Source of the DNA: Eledone cirrhosa
Lineage: Eukaryota
NCBI GenBank assembly: GCA_964016885.1
Contig: OZ024740.1
Span: 307,520,001-307,584,000, forward strand
Length of the DNA stretch: 64,000 nt
Reading direction: 5' to 3'
Both the position numbers and the translations under genes were made by a program. The notes beneath the pieces are model-generated. The model was not told where the DNA came from, did not search any database, and saw nothing but the letters and a program-made list of their open reading frames with translations. Below are positions 61,658 to 64,000 of the stretch, in pieces. The first letter of the stretch is position 1. Each line of letters starts with the position of its first letter.

Positions 61658-61736
61658 AATCAGTAAAAGAACCAAATAAATATATTTAAAAAAAAAAAAA
61701 GACTCCAGTTGCATTTTCAATTCCATCTTTTTTCCC

Positions 61737-61803
<67 letters not shown>

Positions 61804-62792
61804 ACTGTGTTGCTTATCCGTAAGAGATGCGCAGTGATGTCTCGTTGATAAACAGTTCTAAACAAGCGCACTCTGTGTCAGTTGTATCTATCCAGCATTA
61901 TAATGATGATCAAACGCGACAGAGTGTCTATGTATGAATTAACGTTAACATATATGTTACATACATAATCGTATTTATTGGATAACACGATTATGTAACA
62001 TTAATTCATACATGTGTGTGTCTGTGTGTGTGTGTGTGTGTCTGTGTGCGTGTGCGTGTGTGTGCGTGTGCGTGTGTGTGTGTGTGTGAGTGTGTGCGTG
62101 TATTGACGTTTATATTTTTTTCCTCTACCAAACTCCATAGACTTGCAAAATCTAATGAGCGTGTGAGGGGTGGGGTGGAATAAAAACCCTGGAGGGGGAT
62201 CTGGCTGAGAGGACGTGAATTATTGACGGACGTAAGAATTGATTGTAACTCAATACCGACGTATATTTTCTCCCCAAACTACCAAAACACAAATTTATTT
62301 GTCTATGCGCTACAATTTATGTACATGCTATATTTATCGCCTATCGAGGTTTTCTGATCATTTTAGAGTGCAAAGATCTTAACTAATCACTACAATGAAA
62401 TTGTCCAAATCCCCCCCCCCCTTCCCTTCAATTCAGAAATGCTTCCACCGCCCTTGATATAACGATATATACACACATATCCACCCCAAATACACAATTA
62501 TTACTTCCTTTCCGAAACATCTCTAACGCTAAATATACACAATGGCTGACTGAATACACACACGTGTGTTGTTGTTTTTTTTTCTCATTTTTTTTCCATT
62601 TCTTCCTGTTCTCACTCTTTATCTTTCTATTTCCTCTTTTATTTCTCATTCTATATTCTGATGAAGGACTAGTGTCCTAAACATTAAGACTTTTTTCGTA
62701 CTATATCAAGCGTTAAACTAATACATTTCTTCATTGTACTGAGTCGTTTGTTTTGCTATTTCTGTTTACTTTTTACACACACACACACACGC

Positions 62793-62844
<52 letters not shown>

Positions 62845-63490
62845 TGAATATATGAGAGAGATGAACATAGATATAAGTATACACGTCTTCCATTGCAAAG
62901 GACCAAGTTAGCTAGGTTGAAAAAATCGTAACTTAATACAATATGGTTTACCTGACTCAATTTAAAGTAATAAATCAATAAAAATAACAAACCTATATCG
63001 GGCAACAGCCTTTGATACACGGCTCCGAAAGATTCCCTTCTTTGAGCTATTTAATTGTAAAAGACTATTTTGAGTTTCTAACTCAATGTATGATATATGT
63101 ATGTATATTATATATTACTGATTTATCGAAGCGATGGGTTCAAATTCAAATTTGAAATGTTGGATTCCCAAACGAAGAAAATAACTATATAATGTTTATT
63201 ACCAACTGATACGTTTGAATAGATAGAATAACTTTTGTTGGGTACACTAGCTCCTCTGAGTTTCGAGACTGTTTGGGCGGGTACACATCACTGCCTTGCC
63301 GTGCTTCAATGGTTTTAATGCTGTATGTTTAATGAAATAAGAATGTCATATAATACAAAAATATATATCATTGATATTCCATAATGAATTATATGTATTT
63401 GAGACTTGTATTTCAGCATACAAAACTGTCATTTTAAAATTATGCAAGTGTAACGAATAAACTTTGTTACAGAAACAAAAATGTTTCTTA

Positions 63491-63533
<43 letters not shown>

Positions 63534-63864
63534 CGGGAATGAGTTGGTTATGTTTCAGCCAACGTCATCATGTTTGGCGTCGTTTCTTAAAGCAGGATCC
63601 AACCTATTTAGGGATTTCATCTGTTGGAAGTTGACGTCTGGTAGAGAGATATCAATGTGCCTCTTGTAGCTCTCCATCGCATATGCTTTTTTAATTTTCC
63701 AGTTTGGTTCAGTATTCTTACATTGCTGCTATAAATATTTCCTGTCAGATCACCTGCTGTACATTTATTCCACCCACCCCCACCCACACACACACACACG
63801 CTAGCGAGAGGGGCATAACAAGATCATTATTAACCAGAGATATCACCGGTTCTGTATAGAATTA

Positions 63865-64000
63865 CCGTATTTCCCGGTGCCGAAGACGATTCGTTCTCGA
63901 AGACGCACCCTAATTTTGACAACCAAAAATTTGAAAAAAAAATGATAAACAACCTTCGGCCTCCAGATTTTTTAGACTTATTTTAGGGAAAAAAGTAACG
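63865..64000 (+). mobile_element. pogo/Tigger-type DNA transposon or MITE left end (runs off window)
   Basis: TA|CCGTATTTCCCGG..GAAGACG..AAGACGCACCCTAATTTT terminus typical of this group. Confidence 0.55.

Overview
Repeat-dense, AT-rich eukaryotic (animal) genomic DNA. The abundant tRNA-derived SINE and the TE spectrum suggest an octopus/cephalopod genome (inference only). I found no convincing host protein-coding gene; most listed ORFs are microsatellite read-throughs. The window holds many SINEs, fragments of Tx1/L1-like, RTE and R4/Dong-like LINEs, Helitron and Chapaev-like remnants, MITEs, an intron-containing tRNA-Ile(UAU)-derived pseudogene, and a 5'-truncated Penelope-like element (PLE; RT + GIY-YIG) with an inverted pseudo-LTR at 40897-43110. 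The main signal is a hammerhead-ribozyme (HHR) system tied to (TA)n microsatellites. (i) A 3.6-kb array of about 11.6 apparently identical 311-bp units (34262-37876) carries one canonical type I HHR per unit on the minus strand, a retrozyme-like circular-RNA element. (ii) More than a dozen further dispersed HHRs or HHR-like cores come from several unrelated families, some with variant cores. (iii) About eight asymmetric fold-back elements (short arm, loop, long arm plus tail, bounded by TA repeats) are present, and several turn around at HHR stem II. All structures were read by eye, and coordinates of degenerate elements are approximate.
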